Notes: generated by a model from the sequence alone, not told the origin. Shown: positions 10,001-18,853, counted from the stretch's first letter. The stretch: DNA of 64,000 bases from Acidimicrobiia bacterium (GCA_029210695.1 JARGFH010000004.1:1-64000), one strand, 5' to 3'. A program made the numbers and translations.

Positions 10001-11280
10001 GTCGCCTCGATCTCCTCCGGCTCGACTCTTACGCCGAGGATCTTGATCTGAAGATCGGTCCTTCCCGACACGACGAGAGTCCCATCGTCCCGTCTCGAGC
10101 CGACGTCCCCGGTTCGATAGACGATGTCGTCGGGATCGTCCGTCAGCGGATTGGAGACGAAGCTCTGGTCGTCGTCGACGTTCACGTATCCGAGAGTGCC
10201 GAAGTCGGTCCGGATGACGATCTCACCGTTCTCAGCCTCCTGGCCGTGCTCGTCGAGGATGAGGATGTCGGTTCCCGGAAGGGGAGTTCCGACGGGAATG
10301 GGTTGGCCGGGCACAACGTCGCCTATTACATGGAAGGTGCGAATGAACGTGGTTTCGGTTGGGCCGTAGAAGTTCACGAGCGCGCCGGAGGGCTTCACGC
10401 GGGCTCGCCAGTCCATTACCAGGCGGGGGGTCACGATTTCGCCCGAGAAGAAGACCCATCGAAGGCTCGACGCGGATGCTTCCACACCCTCTAGCCACAG
10501 CTCAGCATGGGAAGGAGTGACATTCGTGATGGTTATCCGCTGCCGTCGGATCCAGGCTATGGCATCGTCTGGGTCCATGGGATCGGGGGCAACCACGATT
10601 CGCGCTCCACTGACCAGCGGCACGAAGATCTCTCGCATTACGGCATCGAATCCGAGATTGCGGCTCAGGGCTACACGATCGGCTTCGGCAATCTCGAACG
10701 TCTCCGCCATCCACTGCATGAACTGGTTGAAGCCTCCCCAAGAGCCGAGGATGCCCTTCGGTTTTCCGGTCGATCCTGAGGTGAAGAAGATGTACGCCGG
10801 ATCAACTGCGGAGCGGGCGATGACATCGAGTGAGTTTTTCTCGAACTCCTCTTCCGGCCAGGCGGGAATTCGAATCAGCGAAATCCCGTCGGCTTCGATG
10901 GCGGGTCCTTCGCCGATCTGGACGAGCAAGGTCGCCTCGGAGTCCTTGATCATGAGTCGCCGTCGTTCGGTAGGGGTGGACCAGTCGAGCGGGACAACGA
11001 CTCCGCCGTGAGACAGCGTCGCGAGCATGGCAGCTATTGCGGCGGGGCCGCGAGGACCGACGATCGCTACCCGGGTATTGGGAGACACTCCATGCTTGGC
11101 CAGGGAATCGGCGAGGTGTCCCGCCCAATCGAGAAGTTGTCGGTTGGTCATGGCCCGCCCGGAAGCTTCGATCGCAACCTGGTCCGGGTGTTGATGGGCG
11201 CGTTCAACGAACGTTTCGATGGGGGAGAGAACGTTTCCATTCTGCGCTTGGCCGCGAGAGCGGAGTCTGCTGCCCATCAC
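4048..11280 (-). CDS. Non-ribosomal peptide synthetase, A-C-T-C-A-T-TE
   Basis: A: FTSGSTGKPKG and YTSGSTGSPKG; C: HHIASDG and HHIATDA; T: two FFxLGGHSL; TE: GYSLG; no T motif between the first A and first C. Confidence 0.93.
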   Translation of the reverse strand: MMGSRLRSRGQAQNGNVLSPIETFVERAHQHPDQVAIEASGRAMTNRQLLDWAGHLADSLAKHGVSPNTRVAIVGPRGPAAIAAMLATLSHGGVVVPLDWSTPTERRRLMIKDSEATLLVQIGEGPAIEADGISLIRIPAWPEEEFEKNSLDVIARSAVDPAYIFFTSGSTGKPKGILGSWGGFNQFMQWMAETFEIAEADRVALSRNLGFDAVMREIFVPLVSGARIVVAPDPMDPDDAIAWIRRQRITITNVTPSHAELWLEGVEASASSLRWVFFSGEIVTPRLVMDWRARVKPSGALVNFYGPTETTFIRTFHVIGDVVPGQPIPVGTPLPGTDILILDEHGQEAENGEIVIRTDFGTLGYVNVDDDQSFVSNPLTDDPDDIVYRTGDVGSRRDDGTLVVSGRTDLQIKILGVRVEPEEIEATLEEHPGVKRAAVVPVHHGGRITRLDAAIVTESETPTTTSLREHLRSKVPRVAIPARYVVVDAMPINANGKIDRAEIAEIVDKSAALATDRSTDTQDRVAALSPAKQALLERRFSQRSPNQGLTPGDTDGRIARLSPAKRALLEARTGVPPAVTPRVKQAPLSSAQERLWVLDRMYPGSANYTITKVHRLRGRLDIEILRRACEVVAARHEILRTRYVANDGDPIQIVDDPGPVQLAVIDLSDWDGDRQGEAERITQEAASYSFDLAGEPVWRTTILRMSPDEHILISAVHHIASDGWSLPILFGELSSAYNALREGSEPDLDSMPIQYADYAIAQRQALDDGTYDRDLAFWQSQLVGAPDAIDLNPDRPRPDIMTFTGRNHRFVLTQTDRNQFLALAREESATAFMVGLALFISNLHERSGSDDVVVGIPSADRASGDTQSLIGFLVNTLAIRHTLQPGSSFREVLRSVRSSLLAAYDHREVPFEQVVRAVAPARHADRTPLFQVFFQFGVSAFAADPAFVGVEAASIERVSEASKFDFTMYLGNDETSLNGNLVYNTDLFDESTIVGLLDEFDRLADRLVSNPDAPIQTRPREVEGPTNLATEAPQPAPGSDVVDPALLARMCDIWGEVIGIDVGPDDNFFELGGHSLTAIRAFSRVDAEWDVGLPISTIFEAPTPRAFVRELERYRSAEPAAEHESRTNQNERSPLSFAQRRLWFLHRLTPEAGNYHTPWRVRLYGELSLRAVQHAMDTIVARHPVFRTRIREENGVPFQIVDSPRPHAIELVEVDTSLDLSAALRHEALAPFDLANDHPIRTKLFRIADDDHILSIVAHHIATDADSMQIIRGDLETLYTAWVEGRSADLPDIATTYADFARRQEQQLTAADPDLKWWLKTLDGSTSNLDLPTDRIRPPQSDGEAGVVRLEIDAEVSGEVERVARDEGMTPFMAYLAIYALLIHRFTRQDDFVIGIPSTERNNLELENVVGFFVNPLPIRVRIRPELTIRDLLNRIRSAMLEALAHRHVPFDAVVEHLDAPRDTSRTPIFQTMFDMRSGQSSALSLPHLSNVPLGVDLGSHPAKYDLRTHVTKRDDGVRFLMEFRNDLFDKETVLAMAEHYTELLRATGEDTDRRIDTLQLEPARPVSEPRSIAKARLIDLADRVFDRAPSSAAIVDGRKPHSFGELAAASHQIASALEAAGIEPGDAVGVQMARGSSIVAAIVGILRAGAVYVPLDLAYPQARIDTIAQDARLKAILSQGNGINDPRIEVRAVQREADPGTSDRIAYIMYTSGSTGSPKGVEIEEQSIVNLVSDPNYVDLSSDSVIGFASNTGFDAATFEIWGALLNGAALHVIDSATLLSPDSLVREIRASGITVMFLTTALFNAVIRHAPDAFESLDTLMFGGEAADSDAVRSCLESGPPRRLVNVYGPTETTTFATWKLVTNVPSRARTVPIGTPISGATATVVDANMNPLPAGAPGELVVGGLGVAAGYRKNPQLTNERFVTLGGQRVYRTGDLVRRRPDGDIEYLGRIDRQVKLRGFRVEPGEIEAHLRSHPAIEQAHVAVRSTGADSRLVAYVVGKITSQTAIDHLGPLLPGFMIPSAVVIVDALPLTANGKVDEAALPSPTVPQRSFQPPQGAAQIGMARLWEQTLEVQDIGADSNFFDLGGHSLLAIRLTAAIEKQYGRRLPLSVLFEAPTLAAFTERISAQGPRPGGPVITIKHGTEGSPIVCMPPAGGNVMTYELMARSLKTGRPILGIEAVGLDGRSSPLKTIDALAVHCHTAMKSEGSTGPHVLVGYSLGGLIAFEVARRLRSEGEPVDLVVLIDARFRPGGARRASSVSKRMSGLLHGTLDRRRIGKQLALHARRLGGRLRHGPKTVMARVTGRPLSPRLVERLMFRAATRAASTYKPGPYDGRVLFIQAGDNTDPSKVAALTPWREVTGSNLEVVGVPGTHRGEQSLMRAPHAQMVAKHIQAALRAEPAQTAELR

Positions 11281-14200
11281 CTGCCCCCGGCGTCGAGTCG
11301 TCGGAGCATTTCCTCGGCTTCCTCGTCTGTCATCTGTTCGAGGGCTGTCAAGAAACCGTCCATGTCCGGGTCAAAACCAGCCATTGAATCTGCGTGTTGC
11401 TCCGAGGTCCGAACAATCGGGGGCGAGACCACGCTGCCACTCGGGATGTCGGCTCGAGCTGTCGCCAGGACCATGTCCGAGAATGCTCCAAATGTCGGGT
11501 ATTCGAATAGATCTGTGAGTTCTACGGACACACCGAGACGCGCCTTGATTCGCGAGATCACTTTGATGGCAAGCAGTGAATGACCACCGAGATTGAAGAA
11601 ATCATCGGTTGCGTCAACGTCATCAGCCCCGAGAACTTCGCACCAGATTCGGGCCACCTCGCCGCGATCCGGAACCGTGGAGGTTGGGGCGACGATGTCG
11701 GCACGATCTCGCGGTGCCAATATCGTCGCGGCCGGTTCGAGAGAGCCACGGAGGAGAGCGTTCTTGTCCACCTTGCCGCTGATGGTCATCGGGATCTCCG
11801 AGACTGCAGTCAGGCTGGTCGGCACCATGAACTTCGGTACCCCGAGCGACCGTCGGACGGCTTGGAGGTCAATTGGCTGATGGTCGGTAAACGTGACGAA
11901 GCCGCGCAGTTCCATGTCGCCGTTCGGGGCCTCAGTTGCCAGGACGACGGCGGCATCGATTCCCGCCACCTTCCGAAGCGCCGTCTCGACCTCAGCCGGT
12001 TCAACTCGAAACCCGCGGATCTTGACCTGGCGATCGACCCTGCCGATCACCTCAAGCGTTCCATTTGGCAGCCAACGACCGATATCGCCCGAGCGGTACA
12101 TGCGGGTTCCGGCCAGTCGAGAGAACGGGTCTGGCGAGAATCGCTCTGCCGTGAGTTCCGGTGCGTTGAGATATCCACGAGCCACCAGTGGCCCGCTGAT
12201 ATACAGTTCGCCGTGAATTCCGATCGGAGCCAGGTTTCCGAGTCCATCGATGACGTGGACCCGGGAAGGAGCTCTGGGCGGGCCGATCGAGATCCATTCG
12301 TGTTCGGTTGGCGGGGGTTGGGTGAGGTCATTTGCCGTAACCCAGACCGTCGCCTCGGTTGGTCCATACGAATCGACGGTTTGGACGCTTCCTCCGGTGA
12401 GGGCGTGCCACAGATTGACGATGTCTGCCCGCACCTGTTCCCCGCCGAAGGCGACAAGTCGGAGCGTGTCCGGCAGCTTCGACCCGGTCGCGGCGAGCTC
12501 CTCGACCAGCACATGGAAGAAGCCTGCCGAGACGCGCAGGTGGCTGATCCGGTGGACCGTCAACCAGTCCACGAGGCGAGGAATCGAGTAGAACGATGCC
12601 TCGTCTCGGACGACGACCGTCGCGCCGCCGGCGAACGCCGCGTGCAGGCTGTTCATGTGGGCATCGAACGAGAGGCTGTGGAACCAGACGATCCGATCGC
12701 CCGGACTGAGGGGCTCGAAGTCGGCTGTTTGCTTGAGGAACCAAGCCACGTTGCCTTGCTCGACCATTACCCCCTTGGGAGGACCGGTGGATCCGGAGGT
12801 GTACAACACATAGGCGAGATCCTCCGGTTTTGGTCTTCCGGGGAACGGTCGCGCCTTGTCGTCTAGCAGTTGTGAAATCCCTCTAACCTCGAGTCCGTCA
12901 TCTCGTGTCCACGGTTCCAGGGTGGTCAGCACCAACGCTGGTTTTGTCTGTTCTATGACCGTGTTCATCCACTCGCTGGTCAGCTCTGAGTCGATCGGGA
13001 CGTAGGCCACTCCTGTCCGCAAGGCCCCGAACATCGCGGCTGCGGCATCGATCCCGCGATCGGCGCTGAGGATCACCACGTCTTCTGGCCCCAAGTTGCG
13101 ATCCATCAACGACCAGGCGATAGAGTCCACCATTCGGTCGAACTCGGCATATGTGACGTGACGGGTCCCCTCTTCCATGGCAACGAAATCGGGCCATTGG
13201 GTGGCTGCTGAACGCAGGCACTCGGATGCGAGTGGCGGTGATGGGAGGTAGGCGGCTTCGTCGGGATTGAATTCTTCAAGAGTGGTCCGCCGTTCCGCCT
13301 CGCCCATCAGCTCAATGTCGAGGATGGTCGGATCCGCCGTCCCGGCCACCGACTCGAGCAGGCGGACGTAGTGTTCGGACCAACGTTCAATTGTCGACCG
13401 ACGGAACCTTCCCGGGTGATAACCGAATGTGATCGCCGCTCCGGTCGGAGCGCGCGTCGCCCGGACGGTGAGATGGTTGGTAGCGCCGACCCGCGGCTCT
13501 ACGACTTCGACCTCAAGATGGGTCGATTGCCGGATGGCCTGGTGGAAGTCGCGCATCTGGAAATGCACGCGATGCAGGGGGATCCTGTCGGTCGACCATG
13601 GCCTGACCGCACCGAACACCTGACCGTACGGTACGGACGAATTATCGAGCGCCTCAAGCGTCGTTCGTCGGGTGTTCTCGATTACCTCCGAGAACCGCGG
13701 ATTATCTTGCAGGCTGGTTCGAATGGGCACCAGGTTGATGAAGCAACCGATCAGGTTTTCGGTTTCCGATCGCGGTCGGCCGGGAGTGGGGACCCCCACC
13801 ACTACGTCGTCCACCCCGGCGTGTCGAGCGATGAGAACCTGTAAGGCAGCGAGCAGAACCATGAAGAGTGTCGCACCATGACCTCTGGCGAGATCCTCAA
13901 GGCCGGACATCACCCCCGGTGGGATCTGGACGTGGACTGGATTCGCGACCGAATCTGGATCCATTTCTCTATCGAGCGGCAGCTTTAGGTCTGGCGGCAA
14001 ATCAGCCAACTGCCGTCGCCAGTACTGGAGCTGCTTCTCGAACGAATCCTCGGTGGTCGTTGCCCGCTCCCAGCGGGCGTGGTCGGCATAGTCGATTTTG
14101 AGGTCCGGCAATCCTGCCGGAACAGATCCCTCAAGTGCTGCGTCGTAATGGGCGATGAGCTCGTCGACGAAAAGCGGCTCCGACCACCCGTCGAACACGA

Positions 14201-14681
14201 TGTGGTGCATGGCAAACGCCAGAAGATGCTCGTTCGGTGACACCCGAATCAGCAGGGGGATGAACGGGACCTCGTTCTCGAGATCAAAGGATCGAGACGT
14301 GTGATCGTCGGCGAGTGACCTGGCGGCCGCCAATGGGTCCTTCTCTCCGGACACATCGCGTATCTCCATGGCCGGCCGCCGATTGCCGGATAGTTGCACC
14401 GGCTCGGCTCCTTGCAGTGGGAACGTAGAGACCAGGACGGGATGTCGACAAACGACGGAATCGATAGCCCCGCTGAGTGCTGCGCTATCGAGGTTGCCCG
14501 ACAACCTCAGTAGGAGTGGTCGGTTGTTCGCCCCCTCCTCGAGGTGTGAGGTCAGCCACAAGCTCTGCTGCACATGCGTCAGTGGGGCCACGGACGAGTC
14601 GACGTGCCGCACCGGAGTCGACCGTCCGAGCCGTTCGGCGATCAGCGCATCGATTGCCGAACGGCGGGCGGCTTCAGACAT
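11277..14681 (-). CDS. Non-ribosomal peptide synthetase, C-A-T
   Basis: HHIVFDG, YTSGSTGPPKG, YGPTE, FFNLGGHSL; acidic C-terminal tail LEQMTDEEAEEML; ATG 14681 overlaps the end of the upstream gene. Confidence 0.93.
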   Translation of the reverse strand: MSEAARRSAIDALIAERLGRSTPVRHVDSSVAPLTHVQQSLWLTSHLEEGANNRPLLLRLSGNLDSAALSGAIDSVVCRHPVLVSTFPLQGAEPVQLSGNRRPAMEIRDVSGEKDPLAAARSLADDHTSRSFDLENEVPFIPLLIRVSPNEHLLAFAMHHIVFDGWSEPLFVDELIAHYDAALEGSVPAGLPDLKIDYADHARWERATTTEDSFEKQLQYWRRQLADLPPDLKLPLDREMDPDSVANPVHVQIPPGVMSGLEDLARGHGATLFMVLLAALQVLIARHAGVDDVVVGVPTPGRPRSETENLIGCFINLVPIRTSLQDNPRFSEVIENTRRTTLEALDNSSVPYGQVFGAVRPWSTDRIPLHRVHFQMRDFHQAIRQSTHLEVEVVEPRVGATNHLTVRATRAPTGAAITFGYHPGRFRRSTIERWSEHYVRLLESVAGTADPTILDIELMGEAERRTTLEEFNPDEAAYLPSPPLASECLRSAATQWPDFVAMEEGTRHVTYAEFDRMVDSIAWSLMDRNLGPEDVVILSADRGIDAAAAMFGALRTGVAYVPIDSELTSEWMNTVIEQTKPALVLTTLEPWTRDDGLEVRGISQLLDDKARPFPGRPKPEDLAYVLYTSGSTGPPKGVMVEQGNVAWFLKQTADFEPLSPGDRIVWFHSLSFDAHMNSLHAAFAGGATVVVRDEASFYSIPRLVDWLTVHRISHLRVSAGFFHVLVEELAATGSKLPDTLRLVAFGGEQVRADIVNLWHALTGGSVQTVDSYGPTEATVWVTANDLTQPPPTEHEWISIGPPRAPSRVHVIDGLGNLAPIGIHGELYISGPLVARGYLNAPELTAERFSPDPFSRLAGTRMYRSGDIGRWLPNGTLEVIGRVDRQVKIRGFRVEPAEVETALRKVAGIDAAVVLATEAPNGDMELRGFVTFTDHQPIDLQAVRRSLGVPKFMVPTSLTAVSEIPMTISGKVDKNALLRGSLEPAATILAPRDRADIVAPTSTVPDRGEVARIWCEVLGADDVDATDDFFNLGGHSLLAIKVISRIKARLGVSVELTDLFEYPTFGAFSDMVLATARADIPSGSVVSPPIVRTSEQHADSMAGFDPDMDGFLTALEQMTDEEAEEMLRRLDAGGR

Positions 14682-16449
14682 CGGAGATGAGCAGTTCGTC
14701 GATGAGCTCGGCCTGGGCGGCGACCGTCGGTCGATCGAAGAACGCAACGATCGACGGATCTATCTGGAGACGTTCACGAACCCGAGTGAGCAGTCTGATG
14801 GCGAGCATCGAGTCCCCGCCGAGGTCTAGGAACCGGTCCTCGACCCCGATCGAATCCCGGTCGAGAACCTCCGACCAGATCTCGGCGACAACTTCCTCAG
14901 TGCGCGTCCTCGGCGCGACCCATTCGGCGCCGGCGCCGGCAACATCGTCTAGGTCGGAGAGCTCGAGCCGTTCGGCCATGCCGATGCGCTGTAGCTTGCC
15001 GGTTGGGCCCAGGGGTAGTGAGTCCATGAAGATGATGCGGCGCGGCACCTTCGCCGAGGACAGGCGCGCTTCGACCCACTTGCGCAACGAGAGCTCATCG
15101 ATGGCTGCGCCGGCTTCTAGGACGACTGCTGCGGCCGGCTGCTCTCCGAGACGGTGATCAGGGACGCCGAACGCCAGCGCCTGCCGCACAAGTTCGTGTT
15201 CGAGCAGGACCTCGTCGATTTCCCTCGGCGCGATGGTTTCGCCGGCTCGATTGATCATCTCTTTGGACCGACCGGTCAGGATCAGATATCCGTCCTCGTC
15301 GAATCGACCGAGATCGCCAGTCCGGAACCAGCCATCGATGAACGCATCCTCGGCTGGGGTCAGGTACCCCGCCGTCACATTGGGTCCCCGCACTACGACT
15401 TCGCCGATTTCGTGACGTCGCTGGTGTACCTCACCGGCCGTCAGAATGGACACCTCAGGACCTGCCGCAATACCAACCGATCCCGATTTGCGGCGCGCCG
15501 GCGGTAGCGGGTTGCATGACATCTGATGGGCGGCTTCGGTCATTCCGTATGCCTCAATTACCGGAGCGCCGAATGCCGACTCCAAGCCCTTCATCACTGC
15601 TGGCGGCAGCGATGCCGAGGACGAGCGAATGAAGCGAAGCGTCGGTAGTTCCATTTCTGGGGCAGATCGGACCCGTTCGACGATGGATTGATGGATCGTA
15701 GGGACGGCCGTGTACCAGGTTGGGGAGGTTGCGGTCATCCAGTCAAAGAACTGTGTGGCGATATACCCGGGTGTCGCGACAATCGATCCGCCCGAGTACA
15801 GAGGGGCAAGTAGGGCCGCTACGAGGCCGTGAATGTGAAACAGCGGCATCACATTCAATACCCGATCGTCGGGGGTGAGTTGCAGGGTCGTTGTCACATG
15901 AGCAGCGGACGCTGTCAGATTGGCGTGCGTGAGCGGAACCATCTTGGGTCGCGATGTCGTTCCCGAGGTGTGGAGAATGAGTGCAACATCGTCAGGGGCC
16001 GGCGATTGACTGGCCCCAACCGTGGTCGGAGGAGTGTCGATGATTGCCACGGAACCAGCCTTCAAACCAGGGCCGATCCGAAGAATTGGCACCCCGGCGT
16101 CTCTAGACGCTTCGACAAGATGCTCCGGAGCGTCTTCTGGGACGATCATCAGGCGGGGACGCAGATCTTCGAGGTAGAACGACAACTCCGCAGCCTTGAA
16201 CGCTGGATTGAGTGGGGCTGCAATGCCGGCGGCTGCCGACGCAAGGAATACAGTCACGGCTTCTGGCCCGTTGTTCACGAGTGACGCCACGACGTCGGTT
16301 CGGGAGACGCCAAGTCGGCTGACCGTGGAGGCGAGGTGGTCGACTGCGCGCTCAAGGTGATATCCAGAGGACGGATCCCGGGTTGGAGCCAGAAGAACGT
16401 CAGATGTCGACGAGCCCAATGCACGCACAATCTCGACAGTTGTTCTCAT
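14674..16449 (-). CDS. Acyl-AMP/CoA ligase (oxalate-CoA ligase-like) fused to a carrier protein; NRPS starter
   Basis: LHTSGTTSRPK, PLFHIHGL, WYTAVPTIHQ, RFIRSSSASL, EAYGMTEAAHQM.NPLPP; C-terminal FLDLGGDSM carrier motif; ORF extension to 17103 overlaps an opposite gene and was discarded. Confidence 0.85.
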   Translation of the reverse strand: MRTTVEIVRALGSSTSDVLLAPTRDPSSGYHLERAVDHLASTVSRLGVSRTDVVASLVNNGPEAVTVFLASAAAGIAAPLNPAFKAAELSFYLEDLRPRLMIVPEDAPEHLVEASRDAGVPILRIGPGLKAGSVAIIDTPPTTVGASQSPAPDDVALILHTSGTTSRPKMVPLTHANLTASAAHVTTTLQLTPDDRVLNVMPLFHIHGLVAALLAPLYSGGSIVATPGYIATQFFDWMTATSPTWYTAVPTIHQSIVERVRSAPEMELPTLRFIRSSSASLPPAVMKGLESAFGAPVIEAYGMTEAAHQMSCNPLPPARRKSGSVGIAAGPEVSILTAGEVHQRRHEIGEVVVRGPNVTAGYLTPAEDAFIDGWFRTGDLGRFDEDGYLILTGRSKEMINRAGETIAPREIDEVLLEHELVRQALAFGVPDHRLGEQPAAAVVLEAGAAIDELSLRKWVEARLSSAKVPRRIIFMDSLPLGPTGKLQRIGMAERLELSDLDDVAGAGAEWVAPRTRTEEVVAEIWSEVLDRDSIGVEDRFLDLGGDSMLAIRLLTRVRERLQIDPSIVAFFDRPTVAAQAELIDELLISDV

Positions 16450-16860
16450 GTTCCCGTGCCCCAGTATTTGCCCCAGGGTCAGGTTAGTTAGGCCAACGCC
16501 TGAGCTCAATGGGTTGCCAGCATTTTCAGGCAAGTGGGCGGCGACGATTTTCCCAGGAGATGGCCAGCCGTTTGAGCTGGTGGTGGCCGACTTGCCACGC
16601 ACGATGGCGAAGGGTTCGGGGTTCTTGTGACGGAGGAAGCCATCGCCAAGCCTCGTATCACCGAAATGCGACGCCTGAGACACCGGTATTGCCCTGCCGA
16701 CGAGATTGGCGCGCAAGCGGTCGGCCACACCACATACCCCTGGGCGCCTCACCTTCCGGCCGGCACAACCCGGCCCGCAATGCCGGGGCCGAGCTGTGAG
16801 GCGCCACCCGCAGAACTCAAAGTCGGCACCATGAAGGCCTCTTTCAGGTAGCCTGCCCCC

Positions 16861-18447
16861 ATGGACCTGGCCCTCTTGATCGTGGCCTTCGGGTTCGGGT
16901 TCGCCGCTAGCGTCGTCCGCCTCCCGCCACTCGTGGGTTACCTCGCGGCCGGGTTCCTCCTTCACGGCTTTGGCTACGAGCCGACCGCCAGCCTCGATGT
17001 CGTCGCAGAACTCGGCGTCCTGCTGCTGCTGTTCGGCATCGGGCTCAAGCTGCGGCTGCGGACATTGGGACGCCCGGTCGTGTGGGCGGGCGCCACCATC
17101 CACTTAGTGCTGACAACGGCGCTGCTCGGCGCTCTGTTCCTGGGTCTCGGTGCACTGGGCTTGCCACTCGCTTCGGGGCTCTCCCCCGCAGAGGCGGTGC
17201 TTGTCGGGTTCGCGTTCTCGTTCTCCAGCACGGTCTTCGCGGTGAAGGCTCTGGAGGAGCGCAACGAGGCGGCGTCCCTTCAGGGCCGGATAGCCGTCGG
17301 TGTTCTCATCGTTCAGGACATCTTCGCGGTCGCATTTCTGACCCTGGCCGTCGACGCACGCCCGTCGATCTGGGCGGTACCGGTCGTGGTGGCTGTCGTG
17401 GCCGCCCGACCCATCTACGGCTGGCTACTCGACCGAAGCGGTCACGGGGAGTTGCTGATCCTGCTGGGTTTGGCGCTGGCGATTGGTGTCGGTGCCGAGT
17501 CCTTCGATCAGGTCGGCCTGAAGCCCGATCTCGGCGCCCTGGTGATCGGACTCACGCTGGCCAACCACCGGCGTGCTCCGGAACTGGCCGACACGCTGCT
17601 CGGCTTCAAAGACATACTGCTGATCGGCTTCTTCCTTTCCATCGGCCTCGAGGGCGCCCCAGGGGCGGCAGAGTTGGTTGTCGCCTTCGTCGCGTTGCTC
17701 GTCCTGCCCTTGAAGGTGAGCGGGTTCGTGTGGCTGGTATCGCGCTTCCGCTTCCGTGCCCGTACGGCATGGCATTCATCGATCACCTTGGCGACTTACA
17801 GTGAGTTCGGGCTCATCGTCGCCGTCATCGGCGCGGACCAGGAGCTGATCGATCCGCGTTGGACATCCGCAATTGCCGTCGCCGCCGCAGCCTCCTTCGC
17901 GCTTGCGGCCCCTCTCAATACGGCCAGGTACACCGTCTACGCCCGCTGGTCGGGTCGCCTGTCACCGCTCCAACGGGAACCGATCCAAGCCGACGACGCG
18001 CTAATCGAGCCCCTGGATGCACAGATCATCGTCTTCGGCATGGGGCGGGTCGGAGCAGGGGCCTACGACGAGTTGATTCTGCGTCGCCCCGAATCGGTGC
18101 TCGGCGTCGATCGTCGTGATGACATAGTGGCCGCCAACACGGCTGCAGGGCGGAACATCATTCGAGGCGACGCCCTCGACTTGGAGTTCTGGGATCGGCT
18201 GCGCCTCCACCCGGGCGTCGAACTGGTAGTCCTCGCCATGGGAGATCAAGCCGCCAACCTCGAGGCTGTGCGTAGGGTGCAGGACTTCCTGCCCACCGTG
18301 CGAACCGCCGCCTCCGCGACATATCCCGACGAGGTCGGCGAACTCGAGGCCGCCGGCGTCGATGTAGCCCGCAACCTATTCGACGAAGCCGGTCAGGGCC
18401 TTGCCGACGACGCTTGCGATCTTCTCGACGGGAAGGGCCGGCAGTAG
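16861..18447 (+). CDS. CPA2-family cation:proton antiporter with TrkA-N domain (Kef-like)
   Basis: LPPLVGYLAAG, FSSTV, LIVQD, SEF; C-terminal VFGMGRVG Rossmann motif; TAGCCT 6 nt before ATG. Confidence 0.9.
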   Translation: MDLALLIVAFGFGFAASVVRLPPLVGYLAAGFLLHGFGYEPTASLDVVAELGVLLLLFGIGLKLRLRTLGRPVVWAGATIHLVLTTALLGALFLGLGALGLPLASGLSPAEAVLVGFAFSFSSTVFAVKALEERNEAASLQGRIAVGVLIVQDIFAVAFLTLAVDARPSIWAVPVVVAVVAARPIYGWLLDRSGHGELLILLGLALAIGVGAESFDQVGLKPDLGALVIGLTLANHRRAPELADTLLGFKDILLIGFFLSIGLEGAPGAAELVVAFVALLVLPLKVSGFVWLVSRFRFRARTAWHSSITLATYSEFGLIVAVIGADQELIDPRWTSAIAVAAAASFALAAPLNTARYTVYARWSGRLSPLQREPIQADDALIEPLDAQIIVFGMGRVGAGAYDELILRRPESVLGVDRRDDIVAANTAAGRNIIRGDALDLEFWDRLRLHPGVELVVLAMGDQAANLEAVRRVQDFLPTVRTAASATYPDEVGELEAAGVDVARNLFDEAGQGLADDACDLLDGKGRQ

Positions 18448-18853
18448 CGAACGGAATTGCCCTCTGCCCCTGCCCACCGCACGGGCGAACGGGAATGGTG
18501 GCGAATGAAGAGTGGTGATTAGGTGATCGCGGCGTCGGGCTTGCCAGAACCGGCTCGCTCCGGTCCGGATCGGACCGCACACACAAACCCAGGTTCGGGT
18601 CACTTACACGACGACCTGCGAGGAAACCGTCCCCTAGGAGTCCATCATCGGGACATGCCAGAGCCCGCTTGGGGTGCGTGCAGAGCCGAATCCAGCAATT
18701 CCAGCCGGCCGCGTTGCGAGGAGTCCGGGTATCCGCCCTGAATGAGCGCGAATCACTTACTCCGATCGAGGCGTCACTCTCCGCGTTGTTGTGCTAGAAA
18801 CGGTTCTACCGCCCCGGGCGCTTTGGGCGGAGGCTCTAGGAGGAGGATTCCCC

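Noticed and set aside
16450..17103. 218-aa N-terminal extension of the ligase ORF
   Set aside because: No domain character, overlaps the opposite-strand antiporter; start placed at 16449
18448..18853. Long intergenic region before the 5'-nucleotidase as a possible riboswitch
   Set aside because: A GCCGAATCC and a small hairpin are present, but I could not build the c-di-AMP, purine or other known aptamer; needs an Rfam scan
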